Of a DNA stretch of 64,000 nt, positions 1 to 15,778 are shown in pieces. The notes below the pieces were generated by a model. That model was not told where the DNA came from, did not search any database, and saw only the letters and a list, made by a program, of their open reading frames with translations. The first letter of the stretch is position 1. Each line of letters starts with the position of its first letter. The stretch lies in NCBI GenBank assembly GCA_973895155.1, contig OZ316897.1, positions 18,634,457-18,698,456 on the forward strand. Reading direction: 5' to 3'. This stretch comes from Marsupella aquatica (taxonomy: Eukaryota > Plantae > Marchantiophyta). Made by a program: the position numbers and the translations under genes.

Positions 1-3051
<3,051 letters not shown>

Positions 3052-4789
3052 CCAGTTTTCAATGGCTCTATATTAGTGACCGACATTGCTTTAGTCCCAA
3101 AATCTTAAAAAAATTGCTCGAGGAATTCTGCATCGTCTCAGGTGTAGGGTCCTTCCACCCACTCACACAGATGTACATGAATAGCCCAGAAATTGCTTTC
3201 TGAATCTTGAGGGAGTGTGAACAGTCAACCCTAAAATGCTGGTCCAAGCTAAATCTACAACTATAATAAGGGAATCCGGCCTTTCTTAGTACTTAGTCCA
3301 AATACAAAAAAAGCTCCAGGGCGGGAAAGATCCACAGCCATTGGATTTGATTGTGTTTTTTTCTGACCATTGATGGAAGAAATGAGCACCCCTGGTGCAT
3401 ATGTGCTTCCCCATGCTCCCCTATAAATGCCCCGGCCCAACTCCCCATGGCCGACCCTCCTTGCGCCGTGCACTGCACGGGCATAGGGCTCGAGCTCGTG
3501 GTGCATGGGCATAGGGCTCGTGCTCAATAACCGCTGAAACCGGGCAGTCAGGAATCTTACTACATGTCATTTGACAATACAGAAACTTTCAATAAACGGT
3601 GAATACCCGGAGGTTATAGTACTTATAATGGATATGTACCCGAAAGAAATGGGAAGAAGCCAGAAAATAGCTCGAGAATTCGTGCCATCCTGAGCAGCAC
3701 CTGGTCTAAAATCGCCAGGTTAGTTAGTAGGCAAGCTGGATCTGAGGGTTGCAGCACAGGAGGCTAAATTAAGCTGTGAGATTACAGTCATGAAATGAGT
3801 TTTGTGATACGTAAATTTCACTAACACTTGGTTTTCAAAAGCAATTAATAGAAATGTTGGCACTTTCGTCGACAAGAGAAAGGGACTTTTCTTGTGTGAA
3901 TCCTGAATCCTGAATGATTATATACATGATTTCTACTTCTCAATCCGTGCATCGTTCTCATCGGCAGTCTGCAGAAGCATCATGATACCATTGATCAGCC
4001 TTAGGGTCACTTCACTGTGCAATATATGTATTTATTTGCAGCTCACTTCTTCGCTTCTACGATAATCCGAGATGTGCTCTACTCAAGCTTTAATTTGATG
4101 AAGGCCAGTAGGTCACTTAACTTCTCATGAGGCTTCCTTAATATTTCATAGGATTCCTTCCAGTATTTCATGAGGGTCACTAAGTACTGCTCATGAGGCC
4201 CCATACTGATGGGCAATGGTCATGGGGTTCTCGTCATGCTTCCCTGATGCTTTACCAAGTCTTGAATTAGGGCCTAGGTTGTGGTCCAATTCCATGTGCT
4301 CTGGCCTCTCAACCCCACCCCACATATAGTTTCCCAGATTATGGGAACCAATCCCAATTGTTCAAATTATCAGGGCACCTCTTCCTGGCACAGTAGTCTA
4401 TGGACAAGGCATTCACAGATTTTCCATTCTGGGGGGTCAAGAGACAGGTGGGGCAAACATGGAATAAGCCTGAATGTAAGTCTGTTTAGGATTTAGGGCA
4501 AATAGTTGCTAAAATCCACAGCTTGTGCAAAAGGACTATGTGCCCCCTCCCATGGCTATCCCCTTCAACCGTACATGCCCCCCACAATAATGTCATTTGT
4601 GCTTACTTATATAGGTTGACAAGTTCTTCATAGAGCTAACTAGAGTGGCTTGACCAGGAAGCATGAGCATGTGGAGGGAAGACATGCAAATCAATATATA
4701 GAGGTCTTGAATGTGCAGCAAACATAGTTCCATTTTATTGTTGTGGATAGCTGTGGATTGGAGAGAGAAATCAAAAGCATTGAACACTC

Positions 4790-5715
4790 CTGTTTTCCCC
4801 CAAACACAACGCCCGGGCGCTGTGCTTGAATATGAGATGTTTAGGGTCCTAAAAGGAAAAAAATGTTTTTCTTCAAACACAACGTCGTATTAATACAACG
4901 CCCGGCCGTTGTGTTCGAAGTTGGCATTGTGTTTGAATAGTTGACATTGTGTTGGAAATTTCACCCCGTGTTTGAGAGATTTGAAGTTGGCGCTTTGTTC
5001 GAATAGTTGGCGCATTGTTCGAATAGTTGGCGCTATGCACCCTATGTTTGAGAGAGATCCTATTTTGTGTTTCCCGCTACATTTGAAGCTGAAGCAAAAC
5101 TGAACCAAAAAAGTTCTCCACAGTTTTTGCAGCGTCTTGCAATAGACTTCGCAACAATTTCTGGAGCAAAAGCTCAGACACACGTACTCGACTGAAGGGG
5201 CACTCGAAAACTTTATCTCCTTGTGAAACTTCTTATGTGAATGTGCACATACACAAAGTTAGAAATCAGATCAATAATCATGAATCTGAATCTCTAAACT
5301 CTTATTTTGACTTATCTCCTACAAATAGATCATCCAATTTGTGACAGGCTCTCCTTTACTCAATAGGATACTAGAGATACTCTTGGCTCTCTTCCCTTGT
5401 GTAATTTCAATATTTGAATTACCTACACATTCCCAAACACTTTCTTTAAGACATCAGTTATGTACATGAATTTTAGTTGTGCTTACACCATAAATTAATC
5501 TCCTAGCCTTATACACAACCCCTAAACTCAAACACAACATCAAACTCAAACATAATGCCATTTTTCAAACACAGTGCCACAAGTGAAAAAATCCAAAACC
5601 TTGTGACAAAATTTGAACACAATGCCTAGGGCGCTGTATTTGAATATAGCCTCCTCCCCCCCCCCGGTCCACTATTCGAATGTAGTGCCTGGGTGTTGTG
5701 TTTGGGGGAAGACAG
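4790..5715. mobile_element. MITE-like non-autonomous DNA transposon with ~43-bp imperfect terminal inverted repeats
   Basis: Left end ctgttttcccccaaacacaacgcccgggcgctgtgcttgaata (from 4790) is the near reverse complement of tattcgaatgtagtgcctgggtgttgtgtttgggggaagacag (ending 5715). Internal copies of aacacaacgcc occur in both orientations. TC flanks both ends. No coding capacity recognised. Confidence 0.7.
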
Positions 5716-6369
5716 TCGGCAAATTGGAAGGGTTAGCATCTCCCTCTTGCCAGGGGGAGAAGTGGTGATTAGATGACATTGGCAAAGGTTTATATGTTTG
5801 GATAATGCTCTAGAGTCCAGCTTAAATATGTTTGAGAGTTTTAGCTGGGAGAGGTCACAAGGTCCATGCACACTATGGCTTACCCCACAGCTGGCCATTT
5901 ATAGCCTTCAAAATGTATGTGCCCTTGAGGTCTCTTTGGGTGAGTATCTTTCCAATAAGTGCATGCGAAATGGCCTATGCACCTCCACATGTCATTTGTC
6001 AGCTCACACACATTTGGATTCCTCATACCTGTAACCCTCATAGTGCACGATTCAACTGCATATTTAAGTACATGAAAGTATAATGTGTATTTGTCCACTA
6101 ACTGCACTTATCAATAAATGTTTCTAATGTATGCATTGCACTAATTGATAAATGCATGTGCACTCTTATAAACATAAATGCACTTATGTATAGGACATTT
6201 AGTACGCACTTATGAATTGTCCATTTCTTGCTGCATTTACAAAGGAAAATGTTACCATATTAGACAACCAACCTGCAGTTAACCATGGTTAACAACACCC
6301 GACAGTAATCGCTCTGCTTCGATGACACTCCCGCTCTGCCTTTTCAGTCTGATTCACAGCATTGTCTTC

Positions 6370-6620
6370 GGAATTGGAACTAATTAACTTTTTGAAATTG
6401 GAATTGGAATCGGATCGACTGCTGGAATCCGAACGCGCATTTTCGTTCGAAGTGGAACATATTGTTATTCAGCTGCCCAATTTCGGGACGCTGATCCGCC
6501 CTTTTTCTCTCGGGAATTGGAATTACTTGGATCGATCAGAATTTGAATTGGAATCGAAATACACATGCTCCTGAATCGCGAATTGAACTGGAATCGATAC
6601 GACAGCACTAGCTTGAATTG
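6370..6620. repeat. Low-complexity cluster of short gaattggaa(t/c) motifs
   Basis: ggaattggaa, gaaattggaattggaatcg, gggaattggaatt, gaatttgaattggaatcg and gaattgaactggaatcg recur across ~250 bp. Confidence 0.5.
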
Positions 6621-7677
6621 ATCCTTCCATTTCGCCTTCCTGGATTCCTCGCGTTGAGCTGAAAGGAGGATTGGGAATGTTCGGCCCATGCAACCCTCAA
6701 TTAATAGCAGTTTATCACCCCTGCTTGTAAGGTGGTCTGCACAATCAGGAACTCCACAGTGTTTGGACCGCAAAGCTCGGTCGTGCTCAGTTTCTAGTGG
6801 ACGAAGGACTCCAGTGACCCAACGCCAAGTACACGGTGAGCTCCGTTCATATCCAACACAACAAATTGGAATGTCACCTTCAAGTTTTCGGAGATGTGCA
6901 ACTTCTTACAATGATTCAGATACGAATGGTTTTGTAGAACAGTACTAATATACGACACATTTCTATTGAAACTTCGAGCATTCATAGATTTGAGCATGGT
7001 ATGTTACTGATCGATCCTTGCCTATGATTGTCCAAATTTGAGCCCCACTGTTCAACTGCTGTGGTTGTGATGCACTTGTACATGTGGAGCCAACCGCGCA
7101 GAATATGGGCACAAGCGTCAATCCACGTCTTAGAAAATCTGTTCCATCTGGATGCTCTTAACGTGTATCTATCGTTTTCGACGTGCCCTCACTGAATGTG
7201 TTCTTCGCGTAATGCAGATCGGACCGAATAGCATATTGAGCATTCGGCGATTTGAATTGAAATTTGAACAAACGGCAACATTGTTGCAAACGGTTAGATT
7301 TACAGGCAGGTAAAAAGGTATGTCGCCAGTCTGTGTAGCTAGGACACTTGACTTCTGCGGGGCATAATGAAATCAGCGCCTATCCATCCTCCATTTTCAG
7401 CAGTCAGTATTAATTAGCATGCAGTGTTCCGAGCTCTGATTCAGGCTCGCTGTGAAGAATTTCTGGGTTTGTGATCGCGATCTCTCGGGATCTCTGTACC
7501 CGGCTTTCTGTAGGTGATATATGTCCACTCGTCTTCGCAAGCTTGGTCGACGAGTTCAGGTGTGGCTTTGAATATCTGACGAGATATCTGAATTTTTGCG
7601 ATGTTCGTGCACGGCCGTTTTAACCTTAGAGAAGTTTGTGAAGCAGAACTCTAGGCACTCGATCTGCGCGGAGCACC

Positions 7678-8271
7678 ATGGCGGCACGTACTAAGAGCAC
7701 GGAGATCATGGGCAAGGGTGATGGAAGAACCTCTGCTGCATCCGCTGAGGACATCATGAACCTCAAGGAGACGACAGCTCAGGGAATGGGCACGGGCGAC
7801 GAACGCACCTCTGCTACATGCGCTGAGGACATGCTCGACCTCAAGGCGAAAACAGAGGTGATGGGCAATGCGGAGGCCAAGGGTGGAGGAAGCATCTCCG
7901 CCGACAACAGGGAGGTCAAGCCTGCAGGGATGGTTGAAGCTAGCAGTTCTAGCACCGGTGCTAACGCAAGATCACAACAGCGAATCGTCGTGAAGAAGTG
8001 GAATTCATTACTCTTCTGGACTTGGGACGTGGAAACAAAAGACGTCTGTCCCATATGTAGGAACCGTTTGACGGAACCCTGCAGTGAAGTCTGCAGAGTG
8101 TCTCGAGTCGGCGCAAGCTATGGAGAGTGCCAAGCCCGGTGCCAAGTTGTACAGGGAGAGTGCGAGCATTCTTTCCATGACCACTGCATCAGTCGATGGC
8201 TGGTGCGACGTCCAGTGTGCCCTATAGACGGACTCAAATGGACCTCGGACGAGTTGGGTACCAGTGATTGA
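7678..8271 (+). CDS. RBX1/ROC1-like RING-H2 protein (cullin-RING ligase subunit-like), intronless, with repetitive N-terminal extension
   Basis: IVVKKWNSLLFWTWDV..DVCPICRN...PC...C....GECEHSFHDHCISRWLVRRPVCPID..W matches the RBX1 pattern (FEVKKWNAVALWAWD, CAICRN, GVCNHAFHFHCISRWL, CPLD). Single ATG-to-stop ORF. Confidence 0.85.
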   Translation: MAARTKSTEIMGKGDGRTSAASAEDIMNLKETTAQGMGTGDERTSATCAEDMLDLKAKTEVMGNAEAKGGGSISADNREVKPAGMVEASSSSTGANARSQQRIVVKKWNSLLFWTWDVETKDVCPICRNRLTEPCSEVCRVSRVGASYGECQARCQVVQGECEHSFHDHCISRWLVRRPVCPIDGLKWTSDELGTSD

Positions 8272-10338
8272 TCTACGTACTGTAGAACGTTAGGCAAGTA
8301 TTGTTCTTCCATTATGATCACGTGCACTGGAATGTATATATGGGTTCACGATCGACTTCATAGCTCAGGTACTTACTAGTGTTTCTGAAGTACGCTGATT
8401 GATTATTTGGACGTGTTATATAACAGCGAACAAACTTTCTTCACTTCCATTCCGTTCTATTGAGATTCATTCATTCGGCGGCATTGTGAAACTTGTCGAT
8501 GATAGAGAATGACTAATTATTAATAATGTATCTCGTCAGTTCAGAGCTTCTAAGAAAGCAATGTTGTGGAAATAATGTATGTCCACCTAGATTTCGAAGC
8601 CAGATTAATCATGTAAGGAATGCACAAGGAAGCCTGTTCATTTAGTCTTCCCCTGATATATATGTATCTAGAATACATGAGGCGTTTGTTTCTCTCTCCT
8701 TCTACATATCGCGTAGTTCTTTCATACTGTGGTCTTAGAGTAATCAGTCCGATGGATCGTGGGTCCATTTGTCCGTTTCCCCTGATACTCGATCATCACC
8801 CAGACTGTGAAGAGACTGCATTCAAAACGTGGTGTGATCTCTTGTCCGTCGATCAATCGATCGCGTCGTTCTAAGCAGCTCTAATTCGATGCCGAACTCC
8901 CAAAATTATCGCATCGACGTGTACGTCAACCATGAACAGGGACCAATTTGAATTCAGGACGCAAAGTCATTAGCAGCTGATGACATTAGCAAATCTAGAA
9001 TTTACATTATCGTTCGCTGAAGTCTTGTCCTGCATTGAAGAGGACACAGGCTTTGTCGTGCAGTAGTTTTGCTTTAGAGCCCATTGAAGTCGAGACTGCA
9101 TGAAACACTAATATGCCATAGATTCTATTTGGATTGTACGTAGCGCTGCAGATGGCTGGAAAATCACTCGATCTAATTAATGTACACTATTAGATCTATT
9201 CAAATAGCGGCTTTACATCGTAGCCAATACTTTGAATCCCTGGCCGGCATCGATTTACTTCGAAAAGAACGAGGCCTACGTTTCTTCCAGACTATTGCAA
9301 CGGCGGAAAGAATAAATTCCGGTCGGGTAGTTCTTGCATCCACAAGGTGCAAAATTTATTCGATGATCGAGAATCTCGGAAAGGACGTACGGGGGAAAGA
9401 ATTTTTGTTGAAAAGAACCAGACCGGATTTCAGTGTCTTCGGTATATATAGCTCAGACACACTAGTCAATGGCGTAAAGAATCGAAGAAACGGAATGAGA
9501 AAGATCACTGACGAAAAAGATGTCGGCTGCTACACAGACGAGAAAGATGTCGGCCGCTACACAAACTGTCAATTTGTGAAAAGAATTCTGACAGAATTTT
9601 ATTATCTAACGAGAGAGGTTATTCACATCGTATAGAATCACGGAGTCACTGACCTCAAGCGACCTGGATATGCCCGCATCAACTGATAAAGAACTACTGT
9701 TCCAGTTGTACCGGGAAACAGTGTAATTTCAGAACATCTATGATTGAAAATCAAATGAGCTAGTCGCAAAATTGAAGTCTAGACCAAGTTGAGATCATCC
9801 CAATTGTTTTGCAAATGATAGAATGAATCAATGGCCAGCACGATCGTGCTAAAACCTGTCATTCGATTGATTGCAATGATCGACTACTACACTATAAGCC
9901 GACTTCTATATGTACCTTCTGTGATTGCCAAAACTCACAAAAAGTTAGTCCAGTGCGCTACAAATTGAATCACTGGTCACGAATGTCACTAGAAAGAAAC
10001 TACGTACAGCCCGGAAAGTGTACGCTGCGGGGCCTAGTAAGAGAATTGTAATGTACAGAACAAGAGACTAGAATTGTACGCATGAGACAAGTCATTCAAT
10101 GCTCTCTGGTCACAGATTTTTTCATTCACGATCGAGTTCGAGCCAAGTCTTCTGCATAGGCTATGAGACTTGCCTCCCGCTAGCTCCGCCTGGATATGGA
10201 GGGTCGTGATGAATTTGTAACGTGTCGATGAGCTCTCTTTGCTCAAAAGGGTCAACTTCAATGAATGTGCGATATTGAGTGGATACATCAATCAGGCAGT
10301 AATCGTCAGTCCAAGACTTCGATGGATGTCATCAGTGA

Positions 10339-12639
10339 TCATCCAAATCGTTCCATGTTGTTTCCCAGGACAGTATGCAACACATTTTGCCCAATTTTAG
10401 GCTCTGGGAGACAGTTAGTCACATCTCGAAATGCGCAGCGTGGAGAAAGCCGTCCGTCGTGTGCGTTCTTCAACGGAGAGGGGATGGCTTGCAGAGACGT
10501 CTGCAAAACGTCTTCGTGGTGATCAAGAGGATGGGATTTGGCGGAATTGTCGTCGGTAGTAATTACATCATGGTTCTTCAACTCCTCAAGCTCTCTCAGT
10601 CCAGCAGGTGAAGCCTAATAGAAGAATAAAAACATCCAAACGATCGTCAGGGATCCTAAATCTGTTGTAATCTTGTACGTAGGAAATTTGCAAATCACTC
10701 AATCAACCAAGATGGCTAATTCATATAATACAAGAGGAATCATTTGAGAATTATAAACTCGATACACCAGTTCGCAAAAGATTGAGACTAGAAAAGTACA
10801 ATTATACAGTTGAAAGGCAACTGTCCTAATCTTGTTAGTCCGTAACTTAAAATTCAGGTATAGAACTAGCCAAGATCGAGCAACGTCATCGCAAAGTTAC
10901 ATGATTGTACTGACGTCTGTTAAAGCGACAGTTTAGAGTTCAGAATCCATGCTTGGTCGACTGTTGAAACTAATCTACTTAATTATATACCATCCCCATT
11001 TTCCTCCAGATATGTTATTAGCCTTCTTACAGGCATGGCCAACGTGAAGAAGACAGGTCCTTACCACGTATAGAAATGCCTTCCCTCTTCCACCATCTCC
11101 AACCCGGTAGACCTTGTGTTGCGTCAGTAATCTGCACACAGTGATGAGTTTAGAGTAATCTGCACACTATCTGAGTTCAAGTGGGCACTTACTGGCTACT
11201 TGATGCATGACAGCTCCTGACTATTCTCTAGAGTTTCAGATGTTCGTCGGAATAACATACAGCGCACTGCATCGCATGATCGTACGAGAGGAACTTAGAT
11301 AAAATACAAATGGGAATACAAAACTTTCAATGCACCATGACAGGAAGAGGTTTATAATAATTTTACAGTCTTAAAGCCTTGCTGGTGTCAGGGTTGTTTC
11401 CGAAAGCTCCGCGGATAAACTTCTCCGCAGTGCTTCCGTCACCGACAAACTGTAAGATTCTCTTGGCCAGGCCCTGCACACGGGTATCCTTGCCGGGCAT
11501 TCGTCGTGCACGACGCTTAGATAGGACGCAGGAAACTCTCTTGTTTCCATTGGCCACCTTATCGAAATTGATCCTGGAGCTTTTGGGCGGGCAAGCCATG
11601 ATCTTCTTGCCTACCGTACCGTGCTGCGAGACAAATTTCAGAATCACCGTGTTTGAGGTACTACGATTGTTTGTACAAGAACGCTTCAAAGGGAAGGCAC
11701 TTGTATTCTGGGCAGACCGTTCCAGCCACGACGGCTGACTATGGTGTCCTGTCGTTAGATTTTCAGTTCTCTGTCTCTTGGCAACGTCAGGGGCTCCAGC
11801 ACCTACAATTTTGTTCCTGCAACTGCCGTTTGTGAAGCTGCTTGACCCGTTGATCCACAAAACCTTTCTCGGAGTGCGGCGCTTCTTCACCAACTATCAT
11901 TACAATGTATGACAACGTCAGATAAGAAAGACCAAAGAATCTGTTACGAAAATTAGCTAGAATACGAGTACATTAATTAAGAAATGACGCTGCTTCGCGC
12001 AATACTGCTGGAATGATGAGTAACGAACTTTACCAGACATATCCGATGAGCTTTTACATGTGAAGTAGATCGAAAATGCCTGACACGAGTCTAGATTTTT
12101 ATATTTCGAGCTACCTAAAGGATGATGCTGATGGAGATCGAAGCCTTCACATATTAGGGGTGACTCACAACTAAACTCACTTGGTTAGAATTAAAGTCCA
12201 GCCAAGAAGTGCATGTCAGAATGTCAAGCGCATTACCTGGAAATGCTTAATCGATACCTCCAATTCGCAGGCAACAGTCGCGAGTTTGAACAAGTTCTCA
12301 AGGTCTCTAATATCGCAGTTGGAATCGAGGCTCGAAGTTGAACACAAATTTTGGAAATAGACCCCAGTGCCAACTGCTAGTGGTGGTTCTTTTCGTTCTC
12401 GTGACAGAGTCGACTGATCTCCCTTGGAGGTATCGAGTTTTCCAGTCAGTGAACTGAGTTGGAGAGCTATACTGCAACACCTTGTCAGTGCCGGCTTCTG
12501 CGCTGTCACGGGATCATGAATTCCTGCTTTTGTGTTATCTGGTGGTAAAGAGGTATCCAGTACTTTCTCCATGTACCTAGAACTCCGAGTCTTTGACATT
12601 TCATGACATTCCCCCAACACAGCTGCGTTATTGAAGCGC
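10339..12639 (-). CDS. Plant protein of unknown function with an HTH-like domain (GNxPDTSKALR family); exons ~12639-12237, 11893-11367, 11131-11065, 10614-10339; start uncertain
   Basis: Spliced product contains LAKRILQFVGDGSTAEKFIRGAFGNNPDTSKALRL|LLTQHKVYRVGDGGRGKAFLYV, resembling a conserved plant motif (E..IR..LGNxPDTSKALRxL...V.R.G.GG...PY.Y). GT/AG sites at each boundary keep the frame. A basic NLS-like VKKRRTPRK is present. Confidence 0.7.
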
Positions 12640-13766
12640 CTATACGTAAGAAGTCAAACTAAAACGTTGACAAGCTTTGAAGACGTATTGGTCCGCTAAC
12701 TGCGCTGTGATATAGATGTCAGCATGGAAATCTTCGTAGCGCAGGATTTTGACTAATGACTCCAAGTACAGAAAAAAAAGTCACAAATCATCAAGGAATC
12801 GTGCCAAATATTACTGGAACGATCAAACTACAATAAATAGTCTAATCTTGAAACAGTCAAGTCACACAGTTAATTAAGCGAAAGTATTGTCAAATCCTTT
12901 TGAGCGGAACGAGAGTGTCAAAGCTTTTAACACTCACATTTCGTAATCTCGCCCGGAAGCGCCTGCGATTCCAGTGTGGAGCTACGGAGAACGATACTCT
13001 CTAACCGAGCTTCACGCACAGATCACGTGAATCATATACAACTCTCCCAGGCCAATGCGTCCAGAGATAAGCTTGTAGGTCAATTGTCCTGCCAATTCGG
13101 TCAATAGTACTAGATCTCGATACAGTAGCTACCGTAGCTCGGTCTCGATAGACTTGCTTACCAAGCAATGCCCGAATTACCACTACCTAGCCGATCTCTT
13201 CCCCGATCTCCAGCTCTATTCGCAACTAAAATGAATCGAATCGCTGTGAATGCCGGGGAATGAACTACTCGCTCGTTTATACTAGACCGAGAACCCAACT
13301 GTACCTCAACATGTCTGATCGCTCGTTCAATCGATCGAGCACTTCGAATGCTCAGCCATCGCTCATATATACAATCGGATCAAGGCCTGAGCTAGAGGGA
13401 TCGGATCTCATGCATGGCGCCTAAAGGAAATGACGAATTCGAAACGGGCGACGTAAAGAGCGCCACCGTCGGCGACAGATTTTTTTCGATTGCTGTGTTA
13501 CACATCTATCACCTTCCCCTCAACGAATTCCGCAGTATCTCATGCGAACTATGGCGACGCGACGCGAATGGTTTGTGGCCGTCCAGGAGGAAGGAGACGA
13601 GTTTGGGAGTTCGGAGCTGCAGCTGAAGAAAGCGCGAGCGCGAGAGAAGAGCATGTTGCAGCAGCTCAAGTGTTCAAGTGTGCAAGTGTTCCACTTGGGC
13701 TCTCGCTGAGAGTGATGCGTACGTGTTCTTACTCCTAATTTCGGTACGGACTAAAGGTTACCTGCG

Positions 13767-14129
13767 TGTGACTAGTTTTGGAGGTCCCCGAACAAAGGTT
13801 ACCCGGTGTAAGGTTACCGGTGTGTTATGAGTTTTGGAGATCCCGGAAGAAAGGTTACCATTGTGTGACCATTTTTTGAGGTAATGGAAGAAAGATTACG
13901 AATGTGTAATCATTTTTGGAAGTCCCAGAAGAAAGATTACCATGGTGTGACCATTTTTAGAAGTAATGGAAGAAAGATTACCAATGCATAACCATTTTTG
14001 GAGGTCCCAAAAGAAAGATTACCATTTTGTGACCATTTTTTGAAGTAATGGAAGAAAGATTACCAATGTGTAACCATTTTTGGAGGTCCTAGAAGAAAGA
14101 TTACATGTGCAATTATTTCTGGAGGTCCC
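13767..14129. repeat. Tandem minisatellite, ~40-bp monomers in alternating A/B (~80-bp) higher-order units
   Basis: Alternating ttttggaggtcccagaagaaagattaccattgtgtgacca and tttttgaagtaatggaagaaagattaccaatgtgtaacca-type units, about 9 monomers. Confidence 0.85.
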
Positions 14130-14526
14130 TGTTATTTCCATAATTTTCTTGCTCCAACAACTTATGCTTGTTAACCTTTATTTTTGTACCTTATTTACAG
14201 ACTATAAGGATAGTCTGGGCTGGGGTCAAATGTTTTTTGTGGGCAAACATTATTTAGCCAATCACTTACCCAAAAAATAGGCAGGCAAATGATACTCAGG
14301 CAAAATAAATTTAAAATGTTCCAATCACCACCACCAAATGCACTATGGGGGGAGCATTAGCCAAAATGTACTCTATAACTGTCAAAAAATACTGTATAAT
14401 TTCAGAAAGTACTTATAACCAAACCTATGCTTGTGTGTAGGGTATAGAGATCACCTTGGCGAGTGTTTGAGTGTTAAAGTTAACTCTAGTCTTGGGTTAA
14501 CTTCTTGTTAACCAGGCTAATTTGCC

Positions 14527-14592
14527 ATTAGGGTGTTAATAGTTTAGGGTATAGGGTGTTAGGGTTTAAGGTTTAGGGTGTAGATTTTGGGG
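14527..14592 (+). repeat. Degenerate interstitial telomere-like repeats (TTTAGGG/TTAGGG)
   Basis: ttagggtgttaatagtttagggtatagggtgttagggtttaaggtttagggtg. Confidence 0.5.
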
Positions 14593-15778
14593 TCGCTTAA
14601 AAATGACAAGTTTACTCTTAATAATGTGCTATGCCAGCCTCCATCAGTGTGCACTAAGTGTGCAATTGGCTAGGTGAGGAGCTGGCCAATGGAGACCAAA
14701 AAAATAGTGAATTTTTACTTTTCAGAGAGGTGGAATGTAGTGAATTTTCTGATTAAAAACTCTGACATGAGAGTTATACGCCAATGAACTTGATGGAGAG
14801 TTCTGTGGCGGCACCAAAAAACTGGTTACCTATATAAATCACCCCTCACACTGCACGCACACTTCTGGATCCACTCCCGATCCATTATTCATAAGTGCAT
14901 GTTGTGTTTAAGTAGAGTAAAATATGCACTTGTGGGTGGGGATCATGTTTACGGCGGAAATGTACAACATACTAAGGAAGACACAGGAATCCAGACTGAT
15001 AGAGGGCCCGTGGCACATCTGTAAAACACGTGATTCATATTATTCAATAAATGCGAATTCCAAAGCTTTTGCACTTATCATGTAATGTGAACCCTGTTTA
15101 CACACAGTTGGCTTCTTCCCTGGAGTGTCCACTTAGCCACACTTGTACTTTGCAAACGTCCATCATGTAGAATACCATTCGTATTTACTTTTCACTTGAG
15201 AGCTCCTGACTCTTACATGGGTCAAAGGGTCATACTCAAAGGTTACTTCAGTCTGGGCCAAAGTGAGGTTGGCTGGGGCATCACTGATGAAACTGCAAGG
15301 TAAGCCAGGGAGAGCCATAAGTGACAAAATTAATTTGCGTGGTTGGACCTCAACAATACGGGTGGATCTGGCAACCACTGTCTGAAAGAAATGAAGAAGG
15401 TGGCAAATTGGTGTTAAAAAAGGGTTGTCCTTGTGTTTTCCTTCATATGTGTAGCTTACCCAAATCTTGGGTACAAATTCGGCAAGTTTTCTCCCATTCC
15501 CTGGTAACTGCAGCTAAATGCCCCTTCCTTAGACACTATGGATGGGAAGATGATCAAGCATTTAAGTAGTGTAGATGGGCAGGTGACTCACTACTACCTG
15601 AGGGACTACCTGAGTCAAGTGGGCCAATCTTCCACATTTTCTTCTTGAAGGCCAAATTTAGCCTCTTATTACCCTATGCCAAGTGCCTGCATTTTGAATT
15701 CTTTAGGCAACAATTTCTTTTAGATAACAAATGATGTATTTTTCTTTTATACATGACATACGAGCTCAATACCCATGC

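Noticed and set aside
3415-3530. GC-rich segment with a TATAAA box and a duplicated gggcatagggctcg
   Set aside because: No downstream gene or recognisable RNA structure; probably a repeat fragment.
9180-9635. 151-aa ORF with a duplicated TDEKDVG peptide
   Set aside because: No recognisable domain; the repeat is just a 30-bp duplication in intergenic/3' flanking DNA.
13767-14129. CRISPR-like appearance of regularly spaced repeats (also 61872-62082 and 63476-63710)
   Set aside because: The units are contiguous tandem copies without unique spacers, there are no cas genes, and the context is eukaryotic.
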